From: Tubiluchus corallicola
Lineage: Eukaryota; Animalia; Priapulida
Direction of reading: 5' to 3'
Assembly (NCBI GenBank): GCA_030141605.1
Contig: JAQGDQ010000603.1
Coordinates: 62,001 to 126,000 of the forward strand
DNA length: 64,000 bases
Below the pieces are notes generated by a model that did no database searches, had not been told where the DNA came from, and saw nothing but the letters and a program-made list of their open reading frames with translations. Of this stretch, positions 14,201-25,250 are shown in pieces. The position numbers and the translations under genes are program-made. How positions within the stretch are numbered: the first letter of the stretch is position 1; every line of letters starts with the position of its first letter.

Positions 14201-14846
14201 TATTTGTTTAATTTAGGGACCAATGGCAGCGGTACCTGCACCTTTCAGAACAGATTCCAAACATCTAAATTATCAATCCTTAAGAGACGAGAATGGTAAG
14301 ATCCTGTTTTAACTCATTCAGACACAATAAATTTGCTTAAAATCAATTTCATTTAACTAGGAATTCAAACCTCACATACAATTTATTTTAACGGTCGATC
14401 CATTAATCTCAAGTTAAATCTTTTTCAATTTTCAATATGCTGACGAAAGAACAGTAGAGATTTCCTATAATTTTACTGAGTATTCATTCATGAATGTAGT
14501 AAGTCAATGAAAGCAGGGATTAACGGAAGCGAACATCAAGCTGATTTTATATTTTCCAGGCGAGAGAGCATTTCCAGAGCTAGAAGCTCATCTCTGTTCC
14601 AGAAAACAGATTGCAAAATTTGCCCAGGAATGCAAGGACATTAACATACAGTTTCTTGGAATTTGCTGTGGCAACATTGCTTGTTACATTAGAACAATCG
14701 CAGAGACTCTTGGGAGGCGACCAGAAGCGAGCAAATACTCCCCGGACCTCAAATTGCACTTCTCAATTGGGTCCAAAGAAACGAACCCCAAACATACGAA
14801 ATACCATACAGAAGTGGAAGCTAGAAGACTGGGATGGAAAGATTAG
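5247..14846 (+). CDS. BHMT: BHMT-like homocysteine S-methyltransferase, copy 1 (356 aa)
   Basis: Exons 5247-5277, 6596-6786, 7932-8129, 8420-8525, 8874-9052, 14217-14295, 14560-14846, all GT-AG and in frame (1071 nt). Motifs [48 protein letters not shown] (three Zn-binding Cys). Confidence 0.9.
7354..7413 (+). pseudogene. Dead, truncated duplicate of BHMT exon 3 inside intron 2 of copy 1
   Basis: ttttcag|TATTACGCGCACAGA-TGA-AAACTGAGATTCATAGGAAAG matches the start of exon 3 but has an in-frame TGA and breaks off after ~60 nt. Confidence 0.85.
7441..7931 (-). mobile_element. LINE RT fragment plus intron sequence shared with copy 3 intron 2 (43651-44141)
   Basis: Collinear high-identity match at constant offset 36210; minus strand encodes [20 protein letters not shown] (RT motif). 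Confidence 0.8.
9600..13712 (+). mobile_element. BEL/Pao LTR retrotransposon, internally deleted, in intron 5 of BHMT copy 1
   Basis: TG...CA ends; TSD ATTAG at 9595-9599 and 13713-13717; empty site in copy 2 (~37850); 5' LTR 9600-10306; 3' LTR truncated to 13365-13712, matching 9959-10306 with 2 mismatches seen. Confidence 0.93.
10325..13362 (+). pseudogene. BEL/Pao gag-pol polyprotein, disrupted
   Basis: DUF1759-like gag ([13 protein letters not shown]), three Cys/His knuckles, aspartic protease ALLDTCS, RT with FYVDD. In-frame TAA at 11117-11119, frameshifting deletion near 13261, RNase H remainder and integrase missing. Confidence 0.9.
13838..14130. repeat. 34-bp minisatellite (AAACAAAAGCCCATATTGTGCATCTACACAGCTT), about 8 units
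   Basis: Direct reading; shorter paralogous array at ~37980-38170 in copy 2 intron 5. Confidence 0.9.
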
Positions 14847-15221
14847 ATAAAACTGGACAAAATACGAATCTATGTTGGTTTTTGTGTATCGGTTAAAGCT
14901 CATTTACATGGTTCTAAAAAAGTAACGAATGTATAAAAAACAGTAGGTGGTAGTCAGAAAAATGGACTGCAAAATTTGTGCTTTGTTTTACATAGTGATT
15001 ACCAAAGGAGTTTGAAGGGCATTGTCGTAACAGACAAACACTGTAATAACAAATGAAACAACTGATGTTAACCAGACAGATTATGTGCATTAAAAAAACT
15101 GAAAAATAAGCTGCAAAAATGATACGACTAGCCAGGTGTTACTTCAATAAGATAAATAATGATGCAGTTTAAGAGAAAAACAGCGCACAAATTATGTAGG
15201 TAAATTTGCCTTTAGAATAAT

Positions 15222-16532
15222 AAACATCTGAACTGGGCTGTACCTGTACTTGTACTTGTATTCAATTCATGAGAAATCTGATTGAATTGTTACGTTTAAT
15301 TTTGTTTGTGATTGTCAGGTTAGTCACTTGTTTGTTTATTTATTTGTAACGTTATATTACGGAGAGAAACACATTGAAAACTTAAAAATGCGCGTGATTT
15401 TGGATATTACTTTCTTGGTATTGAATTTAACGTTAATGCCTGCTACAATTCCCGTAAAAAGGCATTTATATTCTGTAAAATCCGTTTATATTTTTGATTT
15501 TTGTAGTTTTTTGTTGTTGGTTGCTCTTTGACGAGCTACAAGCGAAAATAAGAACGACGCATGATAAGCATGCTGCTAGACACGCTATTAAATCATGTGG
15601 GGCTTGGAATTTCCTAAATATATGAAAAAGTACCGTCAGCTAAAAACGAATCATTAGGATGATAATGGTTATGGTAATTTGCGTTATGTAGTGGTCATTT
15701 TTGCAAGTCTGGTAGGGTCTACTTTCTCTACATTTGCAATTCTAGTACTTTATCAAGACAAATAGATGTCGCATTGCTTCTGGATACCAAAACTGTGGCT
15801 TGAAATTTGAATACATTTGGTAAAATAGAATCACTGCAGCAACATAAACAGTACACTGTCACTTTCACATTCACACGTGCTGTGATACTTTCACATTCTC
15901 ACGTGCTGTGATACTTACACATTCACATGTGTCACTTCCACACTGCAAGTTTCATTATTAATCATACAGTTGATATAGTTATAAATTGAAGTTTGAACAA
16001 CATTTGTGTACCAATAAGCCTATCTTAAGCTTGAGATTTGAAGTATAGGTTAAAAGCTAAAGTAGTTAACCAGATCATAAGTTTTTTGTTTTTTAAGTGA
16101 CTCTAAATGATAGAAAAGTCATTTGATCAATTGAATATAAAATGTTACAATTTGCTATACCTGTAGTCATATAGGAAACAGGAAACAATGTCATAGTTGG
16201 TTAAACAGTTTATTTTGAAAAGAATATACACAGTTTGTATAACTAATAGCTAAACAGCTTCTCTTCATTGGAGGAGGAGGATGTAGTGGACTATATTAAG
16301 TTGCGTATTCTCACTGTGTTCAACAAGTCAAGGTGGACGGAAATAAACGTGTAACACTCAACGATCTAGTTTATTTTATGGTACTTCCATAAATATACAA
16401 AATAGTGGATTAGGGTTAGACAGGGTTAGGGTTGGGACTAGGATTAGGATTAAGATATTTAAATTGTGTGTGGAATTATAAACTCCTTCCAAAAGCTGTA
16501 ACTATAATTAATAGTCACTAGTAGTCAAAAAC
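15222..16532 (+). pseudogene. Exon-less relic of an additional BHMT paralog (intron 3 and intron 5 pieces)
   Basis: 15240-15950 matches 35820-36512; 16383-16404 matches 36523-36544 (copy 2 intron 3); 16405-16532 matches 37841-37943 (copy 2 intron 5); same order and orientation. Confidence 0.65.
16209..16214 (-). terminator. Candidate polyadenylation signal (AATAAA) of the minus-strand EGF gene
   Basis: TTTATT on + strand about 300 nt past the stop codon. Confidence 0.4.
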
Positions 16533-18668
16533 CCCGTCTCTTCGTCCTCCATAGCCTCTCTCGTCTCCATAACCGTCTCTTCGTCCTCCATAGCCTCTCT
16601 CGTCTCCATATCCGTCTCTTCGTCCTTCATAGCCTCTCTTGTCTCCATAACCGTCCCGTCCACTCCCATAATTTCGCTCGTAGTAATTGGGCGCATATGA
16701 TTTAAAACCATAGTCAACTCTGTACTTACTTACGGGGTTTCTATGAACTAGAAAGAGGGTGCCTGTAAAAAAGGAAAATATAGTATTAACTAACTTAAAC
16801 GAAATTAATTTGAAATTTTGATTTTTCAACAAGCTTTGGAAAACGACGACCACACGTACTGACGTCACTGCTTATAATAATTTTCATCGTCGTCTGCCGC
16901 TCGCCAACAAGAGGGGAGTTGAAGAGTTTCTCTTGAGATTGGCACATATGACCCTCTTCTGAACAGTTTGAATTATGCTGAGTTTACTGAGATTTTACAA
17001 ATCTTTCTTAGTACATAGGTCGACATACACTGGACTGTAACAAGTGTAACAACAAGTCCTTCTTCTGAACAGTTTGAATCAAGGTGAGTTCACTGAGATT
17101 TTACAAATCTTTCTTAGTACACTGGTTGACATATACTGGCTTGTAACAAAGGTAACAACAAGTCAACAATGCAAGCAGCAACAGCAAAAAAAATTACACA
17201 CCTGGTGGTCCTGGCGGTCCAGGTGGTCCTTCGACGGTTCTGCAGATTGGACATCCTGTAAAAATGCAATGCAACAAGTCAAGTAATTTCAACGGTTGAG
17301 ATCTTGAGATTTAGCACATATATAATCAGATGGGACTGTGAATTTACAGGCAGACTGGTTAGCAAGTAGAACGCCGTGGAACAAGTGACTCAAACTCAAA
17401 GCCTGACACCATCAAAGTGACTTTTAATTTAAAGAATACTGACAACTAAGAATTTGAACGAGTAACACCACTGACAATTACAGTCTAAGCAGGAATAATT
17501 TTGTTTAAAAGAATATCTTAATCTTACTGTACAATTTTCAACGCTGTTTCCTCACGAACAAGGTCCAGTTTAACTGAGATAAAACAGAAATTATGGACAA
17601 AGGAATCTTTTCAGCTATACGTTTTTAGAATGGTCCAATAATATGAGTATTTCGTATAGCGGAGTATTTACCTCTCCAACTCACGTATATGCTAGAAGAA
17701 CTGCACTCGTGATATTCAAAACTTCACCCATATTTACTATTCCCATCCACTATATCACTATACACTGTATTCTTTTTAGATTAGATTTTTAGATTTTAAT
17801 AGATTTATTTCGCATTAAACATATACATATACATCACATTACATTACATGTGCATCAGGTTTTGTTAATACAAAAATATGATAAAATTCATGTATACTGC
17901 GCTAGAGACCTAGGAAGCTAGCTTATGGTTATCCCGACACTAGGCGGAGGAGCTGCACAAGCAGCCAACGGCTAGAGGGCGGAGGAGGTCAAGTGACTCA
18001 ACGGCCATGTGTAGAGGAGTAAACCTTCCAAATCAGGAGTGGAGCACCGAAGGCGGACCGGTGCAGCATGCTCACTGACTCCGGCAGCTCCTGCAGCGAA
18101 CCTGGTGCCAAACGTATCGCTCCGCTTTCCTTTGGACTACACCAGGCTGGAAGTGAGAGGGTTCCTGTTGTCTGGGCAACTCAGAATCTCCATACACATA
18201 GTATAAAGTAAATTTCAGTTGCCATTGTTATTATGTTCCTGATGTCAGATTTTTATTTCAGTTCTTGTTTCAGTCCTTATTTCAGTTATCTTCAGTTTGA
18301 TTTTTTTATTATTATTATTATGCACTTATTATTACTGTGTATGAATTGTACTAACACATTATAAGCATATCATTATCAATTTTATGTCATTCCTAACAAT
18401 TTAATTTTTATTATAAGCAGTACTAACACTAATACACTGTAGCATAGCGCCTTTAAAAAATGTTCATCACTAACCAAAGGGCAGCTGACTAGATGACCAA
18501 TTGGTCTTTCGCTGCCCTTTCTTCACATTTTTGTTGCTAAATTAATTGTATTGTAACTGTGTGTGTTAAAAGATAAATAAAAGATTATTATTATTATTAT
18601 TATTATTAGCTCACAATTTTTCAGTGCCTTTCGTACTTAAATATAATTAATATATATTTATACATATT

Positions 18669-18711
<43 letters not shown>

Positions 18712-21700
18712 ACCGTTCGGTTAGTAGTTATTATTGCTGATTATAATAAATCATATCGTCAGTTTATTAATTCTGGCCTTACAGTGTCTAAATCATCATT
18801 ATTTTAGTTAAGATAAGACCACCTAATTTGATTATGTTGGTTAGTTTTTTCTAGTATTTTGTTTAGAATTTTGAATTGATAGCATTCAGCTATCAATCAT
18901 TGAACATGCTTCGAAGGAATTTTTAAATAACTATATTTTAAAATAACTATAGTTTTGTAAGCTTCAAACTGTATAATTATTTGATTGCATTTTACTGTCA
19001 CATGATCAAGACAGGACTTGCTATTTGAAATTAAAAAGAGAACGTCACACCTTGCCCAGGCCTGCGCCCTGGAGACATTCAAGGATTGGACTGCTCAGCC
19101 ACAGTCGACGCTGCAGCTCCTTCAATGTGATCAATAACTGACTCTCTTGGCGCACATTCCATTGTCTTCCGAGATAGAAGGACGCCAACCAACCACTCCC
19201 TAACAACGTGTGCCTTTTAGGCAAAACGATGTCGTTTTTTCTCGCACTTAGACTGAACAAAATGGGTATGTCTTTTTGCGAGAAACTCGCGTTTTTTGTG
19301 TAAGGAAGTGTCGTTTTCCTCGAAATATGATTTGTATAAAAGCCACTACCTTCATTCTTCTGATTTCGCCTTCTTTAAAAATGACAGTCTTTAGAAAAAC
19401 GACGCTAGCTTTCGGAAAGCACGCGTGATTCTGCTTTCGAAAACGGGGTTTTTCTTTAGATTTTGGTGTCAAAGCGGCTGGACTGTAATAAGCAGGAGGT
19501 GATAAGCAAATTTTAATCAAAACACAAAAGTGTCAGATGACACAATCATGGACATAAGAGCACCTTTGAAATGTCAGGTATGAGCTTATAAACAATAACA
19601 CATCAAAAATAATCATAGAAGCGCAATTTCAAGGAAAAATAAATTTAGTGCGTACAAGTACGTAAAATGTCAAAACAGTTCAAATGATCCACTTTGAGAA
19701 TGTAGTGTAGCACCATCTATTGAGGCTGTTCCAAAGAAAAACAGAGCAGTAAGTCTTTAAACAGAAATCACGTCAGTGGAGATGTAAACGCTGAAGCTCA
19801 ATCCAATACGTAGTTTGTCCCAAAAATCACGAACTGAGCAAAACAGGCCTTGAAACGAAAGAGTTAAACACGAGTTACTTCCGAGGCACTAAGACAATCT
19901 CTACAAGGTGTTGCATCGAACAGTCCATGGAAGTTCTCCTTGGATTCCAACCATCTGATCACCAAGTGAAATGACAAGGTAATCGCGGTACTAGCGAAAT
20001 TATTATGTTTATGATACAGCCAGATTATTATGGTTTACAAAATGAAACATTTTTAACGAAATATGTTATTCTGTAATGAGCAAAATTTACGTAAATAGTA
20101 TATGAATAAAATTTGCAATTATACAAGATATACCAACCAGATCCAGTGGTTAACTCATTGTAAATCAGGTAAAGTAACAAATTACGGTAAGAAATTATTG
20201 ATTCACGCATCCTGCCGGAAAAGATCATAGCAAAAACGTTTTACTATTTACAGATTATTAATTAAATGTTAAAAATCTTTATTGAAAATTATACAGGAAG
20301 CCCTCTATTTGCAGGGCACAAAAGTACAAAAATGTTAAATAAGTCTTTACACTCTGTACATTAAATAAATTTCTTACTAAACAAGCTGACAATTTTGCAT
20401 TACGATTTACTTATTCTAAATATATATCCAATATTTATAATCAATGTATAATCAATTTACTATAAGATCATTTTGGGTTAGTTCTTTTACAATATCTATA
20501 TGCATTTTAATTACATTAGTGTCTCTCTTTCTGTAAATGTTTCGAATGACATTATTTTCTAAGCTGCGTTCGAGATTCACTCTTATATCTTTTCTAACCA
20601 ATGGTAACGGACAATGAAAAATTAAATGTTCTGGGCTTTGACTGCCAAACCGCAAACACACAGATCTGAATCAGTTATACCTATCCTGTATTTAAATGAT
20701 TTGCAACCTCTTCCAAGAGGCTGTTTACAGAGGGCAATAACCATACCGCGAATCATGATATAGGCCATATGGAAGATGGAAGACGTCTTATGGGTAACGC
20801 ATCGTGTATTATTTCTTGCTCCTTGCGCCTAACAAGCTAGGTTTACCATTCTCTTGTTTACTCCAAAATGGCCTAGTCATTGTCATCAAATAATGGCACG
20901 ACAAACTATTTTAAAACAGCAAACGTTTTTGCAAAGAGCCAGTAACACCAATTCGCCCAGAAAAGTGTTCTCCTAAACTAATTCGTAGCCCTTCATCTTG
21001 TTAGGAGCATTTGCAAATGAAATCCCTGTCATCGTGTAGCTGATTTCTCTTCTTTCCAAAGAGCTATACGTTTTCCGTCAAAGACACCACCGCCCCCGCA
21101 CCACCCCACACCCCCACCCCCACTACCACAACCACCACCAAGCGCCGCTACGACGTTTATTATACGCGGTGTTCTTCTAGGAATGGCGGGAGAAAAACCT
21201 TCAAAAATGCCCTTGGTGGTAAGGGTGGTGTTCTTTGAAAGAAATTTACAGCTTTTCTGGAAAGAGGAGAAACCAGTTACACAGTGATACGGGCCTCTTT
21301 TACTGATGTCTGTATCAGGATGAAGTTTTACAAACTAAATTGAGACGACATTTTTCTGAACGATCCTGTATAGAAATGAATAAAGCATGATTTTATCGTC
21401 TTACCACAAAGTGCACCTCTATATCCAGGTCTACATGTACAAGAAAACACGCCATTTTGAGTCGAATCTGAATCGGAACATGTTCCACCATTTTTACAAG
21501 GGTTCGTGCCACAGTCATCACCTGTATAGATACAAAATAAAACATGAAAACAAATGAGCAATGAATGTCAAGACTACAGACACACAGATATTACACATAT
21601 CAAATAAAATTATTTAGTGTAATAAGGCTACATATAAAAACTAACGTTACAAGTGTTTTACATGCTGAAAATGCACATGCAAAAAGTGACAGATTTACAA

Positions 21701-22111
21701 ATATTACTAAAACCATTTTTTACGAAGAATTTATTGTAGTAAACAATTTCGTATTGTACTAACGACGTTTTGAGAGCACAATTGTTCACCTCATCAGATC
21801 ACTATAACAAGCAATCTAAAAAGTACGAAAATTCAAATATAGATACATATAAGAATTATCACTTAGGCAAGAGCTGCCACATATGCGGTATTCTGTGTTA
21901 AAGAAGCCAACTTATTTACAATATTACTCTTGTAACTCACCTAGTATTGAAGTAAGAGTGTAATGAGTAAAAGAATCTCAGAAAATTCTTAAAGCTCTTT
22001 AAAATGAACTTTGAGAAATTTTAATACTAGGTGATGTAAACGAATGATAGTTGTAAATAACATTCAGATTAGTTCTTCCCTGAACACAGAAAATAGTTTA
22101 TGTATTAATAG

Positions 22112-22155
<44 letters not shown>

Positions 22156-22969
22156 TAATTCTTTATTTGTCATAAAAATGGTTCACTCATTATAATAAAA
22201 TTGAGTAAGCCTCAGCGTAATGTTAAAATAACCACACTGTTCAAGACAAATGCGTTCAGTGCATGCTAAAAAAACTAAAGTGCAAAACTATATACAATAA
22301 ATGAACATTTACAAGCATCATATTAAAATATTTTCACAAAACAATTTTACGAAAGTACATTAAATTTTACATGACATATTTTACACTATATATACATTTG
22401 ACATGACACAATTAACAGAAACATGCTTTACATTACATAAATTTCACTCATTACATTTACACTATTTATACATTTGACATTACAAAACTAACATAACACG
22501 TATTATATTACATATTTTTTTATAAAATTTTCATTTTTAATCGTTATGTGGAGTCATGTGGGGTAGATGAAAGTGGAGTCTGTGTAATTAGTATCAGATG
22601 CACAATGTGGAAGTTGAAAACTGTTATATTGATATTCTTTTAATTTCTTTTTAAAGTGGTGTAGAGATTCTATTTGTTTTATTTCACTGGGTAGTAAGTT
22701 CCATAAATGTATGGCCTGTTTTGATATAGAGTTATTTCCAAATTTATTGTTTACTGTAATTTGCTTTAAATTGCGTGTTCTATTGTTTAAAGTGGTATCA
22801 GGAATGAATGCTAAGGGATTGTTTATAAATGGAATGCTCAGTTTATTTATATATAAACTTAAACACAAATAGACATAAATATACCTCCGTTCTGTGCAGT
22901 TTCGGAACAAAAAAACGCAATCGCTAAAATGCCAAACAAAGCCAGTCTTCTTTCAGTCGCCATCATCAT
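16518..22969 (-). CDS. Small secreted protein: signal peptide + EGF domain + (GPP)3 collagen-like segment + Gly/Tyr/Arg/Asp repeat tail (166 aa)
   Basis: Exons 22969-22885, 21521-21405, 17255-17202 and 16762-16518; all GT-AG, all phase 1, open frame (501 nt). EGF CGTNPCKNGGTC..CTCRPGYRGALC; GCPICRTVEGPPGPPGPPG; DGYGDERGYGGRR repeats. Confidence 0.8.
16955..17165. repeat. Tandem duplication of about 105 bp in the last intron of the EGF gene
   Basis: CTTCTGAACAGTTTGAAT...GTAACAACAAGTC occurs twice. Confidence 0.85.
17900..19140 (+). mobile_element. RTE-clade LINE 5' UTR-like sequence split into 17900-18200 and 19045-19140
   Basis: GC-rich island CGGCAGCTCCTGCAGC..CTGGTGCCAAACGTAT..CCTTTGGAC..TCTCCATACAC resumes as CACACCTTGCCCAGGCCTGCGCCCTGGAG; recognised from memory of RTE consensus ends, not verified. 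Confidence 0.5.
20270..20710 (-). mobile_element. LINE 3' remnant with CCHC-like motif
   Basis: CLRFGSQSPEHLIFHCP resembles the C-terminal E-H-x-x-x-x-C zinc motif of non-LTR ORF2. Confidence 0.5.
22160..22860 (-). mobile_element. CR1/L2-type LINE 3' end in intron 1 of the EGF gene
   Basis: TRNLKQ..KFGNNSISKQAIHLWNLLPSEIKQIESLHHFKKKLK is a typical ORF2 tail. Confidence 0.75.
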
Positions 22970-24270
22970 TTCTCGAGACGCAGCTTTACTGCAAGAAATT
23001 GTGCAGAACTGTATAAATTTATTGACGATCAGTACAGTACTGTAGTAGCTGTAGGTCAAAGGTTAAGTGCACCACAGCAACGTGTCCTAACTACAAGCGT
23101 CACGTGACATGTGAGTAAAGCAAAGCTTACTGCCGCATCGGTTCAGTAATTTTAATTGTTTTACGTGGACTTTACTTAATTAAGCATTAGTATATGCGTA
23201 AATTTACTAGCAGGATGCTGCTTGGGAACAAAAAATGTAAGGTTTAGCTAGGTGTTAAACTTGCTACTATTACAATAGCATGGGAAGCGAGGCATTGTCA
23301 AGTGTACACAAATGCGTTGTCTGGCACACTTAACCTTTGGCCTGTTCACAATCATCATCAATCGCTGGAACTGTGCAAATGCTTACTGTGCAATCAATTC
23401 ATTACAATACATTACAAAAGCAATGCCATATATTACAGTGGATCAAAGAGAAAACTACACAGAGGGAACATCGCAAATGCGGTATAATCATCGTACAACA
23501 CGTAATAATAATAATTATAATTATAATAATAACAATAATAATAGTAAACAGTATTTACAATAGCTAAATATTACAAATATATTACATTATATTGTGTTAT
23601 ATTACAAAATTTATTCCGTTTTCAAAGTTCCAGAATATAACAGCTTTAGAAATGAAATTACAATTTTAAAAGACTTTATGTATGAATTCAGCAAAAACTT
23701 TGTTTTAAAAGACAAATTGCTTAGATTATTGAGGAATGTAAAACAGCTTAGGCTACTACTTATGCAAGACCATCATAATTACAATATTATACATAATTTA
23801 CATGTAATAAGAAGCAATATTTGAAAATATTTATAAACTGGTAAGTAAATAATATTGTTAGATGTGATTAAACTTATAGCAGTACCTTTTACGATTATCG
23901 AAAGTTTTAACCATTATTAAAATAAATTTTAACCATTTCAGGATGCGAGTCATTAATACGTTTAGAACTAAAAATAATAGTGAAAAAAGTTTTTACCTAC
24001 CTTGTTTGCAATGTCCTAAGAGCCAAACGGTAAGAGCTCCACGAACTTTCTCACCTGCTAAATGATTTCAGATGATCACCTCGTTTGGTTAGAAGGTAAA
24101 AGTGGAACTACATACTTTACCTTTTTGACATATTGGTGCTAATTACGAGGTTCGCTTTGTTAATTATGTCGCAGGTTGATAATGCAACGAGAAAGAGAGC
24201 ACAAGTTTGCTTACTGAAATGCATTTAAGAACAACGAATCATGAAATGTTTCACAGGAATTTTTTTAAGA

Positions 24271-25250
24271 CTCAGTCGGTCGGTCATTCAGTCAGTCGTT
24301 CGGTCGGTCAGTTTATCAGTTTTAGTTTTTGCATGTCGTGGCTTGTTTGTAGTGCTTCTTATGCAGTGCAACAGTCAGTGAATCAGTCAGTTGGTTGGTC
24401 GGTTTATGATAGTTTATCAGTTTTAGTTTTGCATGTCGTGGCTTGTTTATACTGTTTCTTATGTAGTGAAACAGTCAGTAAATCAGTCAGTCGTTCGGTC
24501 GGTCAGTCAGTTTATGATAGTTTATCAGTTTTATTTTTTGCATGTCGGGGCTTGTTTGTACTGTTCTTATGCAGTGAAACAGCCAGTGAATCAGTCAGTT
24601 GTTCGGTCGGTCAGTCAGTTTATGGTAGTTTATCAGTTTTAGTTTTGCATGTCGTGGCTTGTTTATACTGTTTCTTATGTAATGAAACAGTCAGTAAATC
24701 AGTCAGTCGTTCGGTCGGTCAGTCAGTTTATGATAGTTTATCAGTTTTATTTTTTGCATGTCGGGGCTTGTTTGTACTGTTTCTTATGCAGTGAAACAGT
24801 CAGTGAATCAGTCAGTTGGTTGGTCGGTCAGTCAGTTTATGATAGTTTATCAGTTTTATTTTTTGCATGTCGAGGCTTGTTTGTACTGTTTCTTATGCAG
24901 TGCAACAGTCAGTGAATCAGTCAGTTGGTTGGTCGGTCAGTCAGTTTATGATAGTTTATCAGTTTTATTTTTTGCATGTCGTGGCTTGTTTGTACTGTTT
25001 CTTATGTAATGAAACAGCCAGTGAATCAGTCAATTGTTCGGTCGGTCAGTCAGTTTATGGTAGTTTATTAATTTTTTTTTGCATGTCGAGGCTTGTTTGT
25101 ACTGTTTCTTACGCAGTGCAACAGTCAGTGAATCAGTCAGTTGGTTGGTCGGTCAGTCAGTTTATGATAGTTTATCAGTTTTAGTTTTTGCATGTCGCGG
25201 CTTGTTTGTACTGTTTCTTATGCAGTGAAACAGTCAGTGAATCAGTCAGA
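24271..25250. repeat. ~109-bp tandem repeat, about 9 units, with internal GTCA/GTCG microsatellite
   Basis: GCATGTCGTGGCTTGTTTGTACTGTTTCTTATGCAGTGAAACAGTCAGTGAATCAGTCAG... recurring. Confidence 0.92.

Noticed and set aside
16508-16717. Alternative-frame ORF (METREAMEDEET repeats)
   Set aside because: Shadow frame of the 39-bp repeat; only the GYG frame is in phase with the upstream exons
24207-25184. Several 70-195 aa ORFs
   Set aside because: Products of the ~109-bp tandem repeat; the frame shifts from unit to unit
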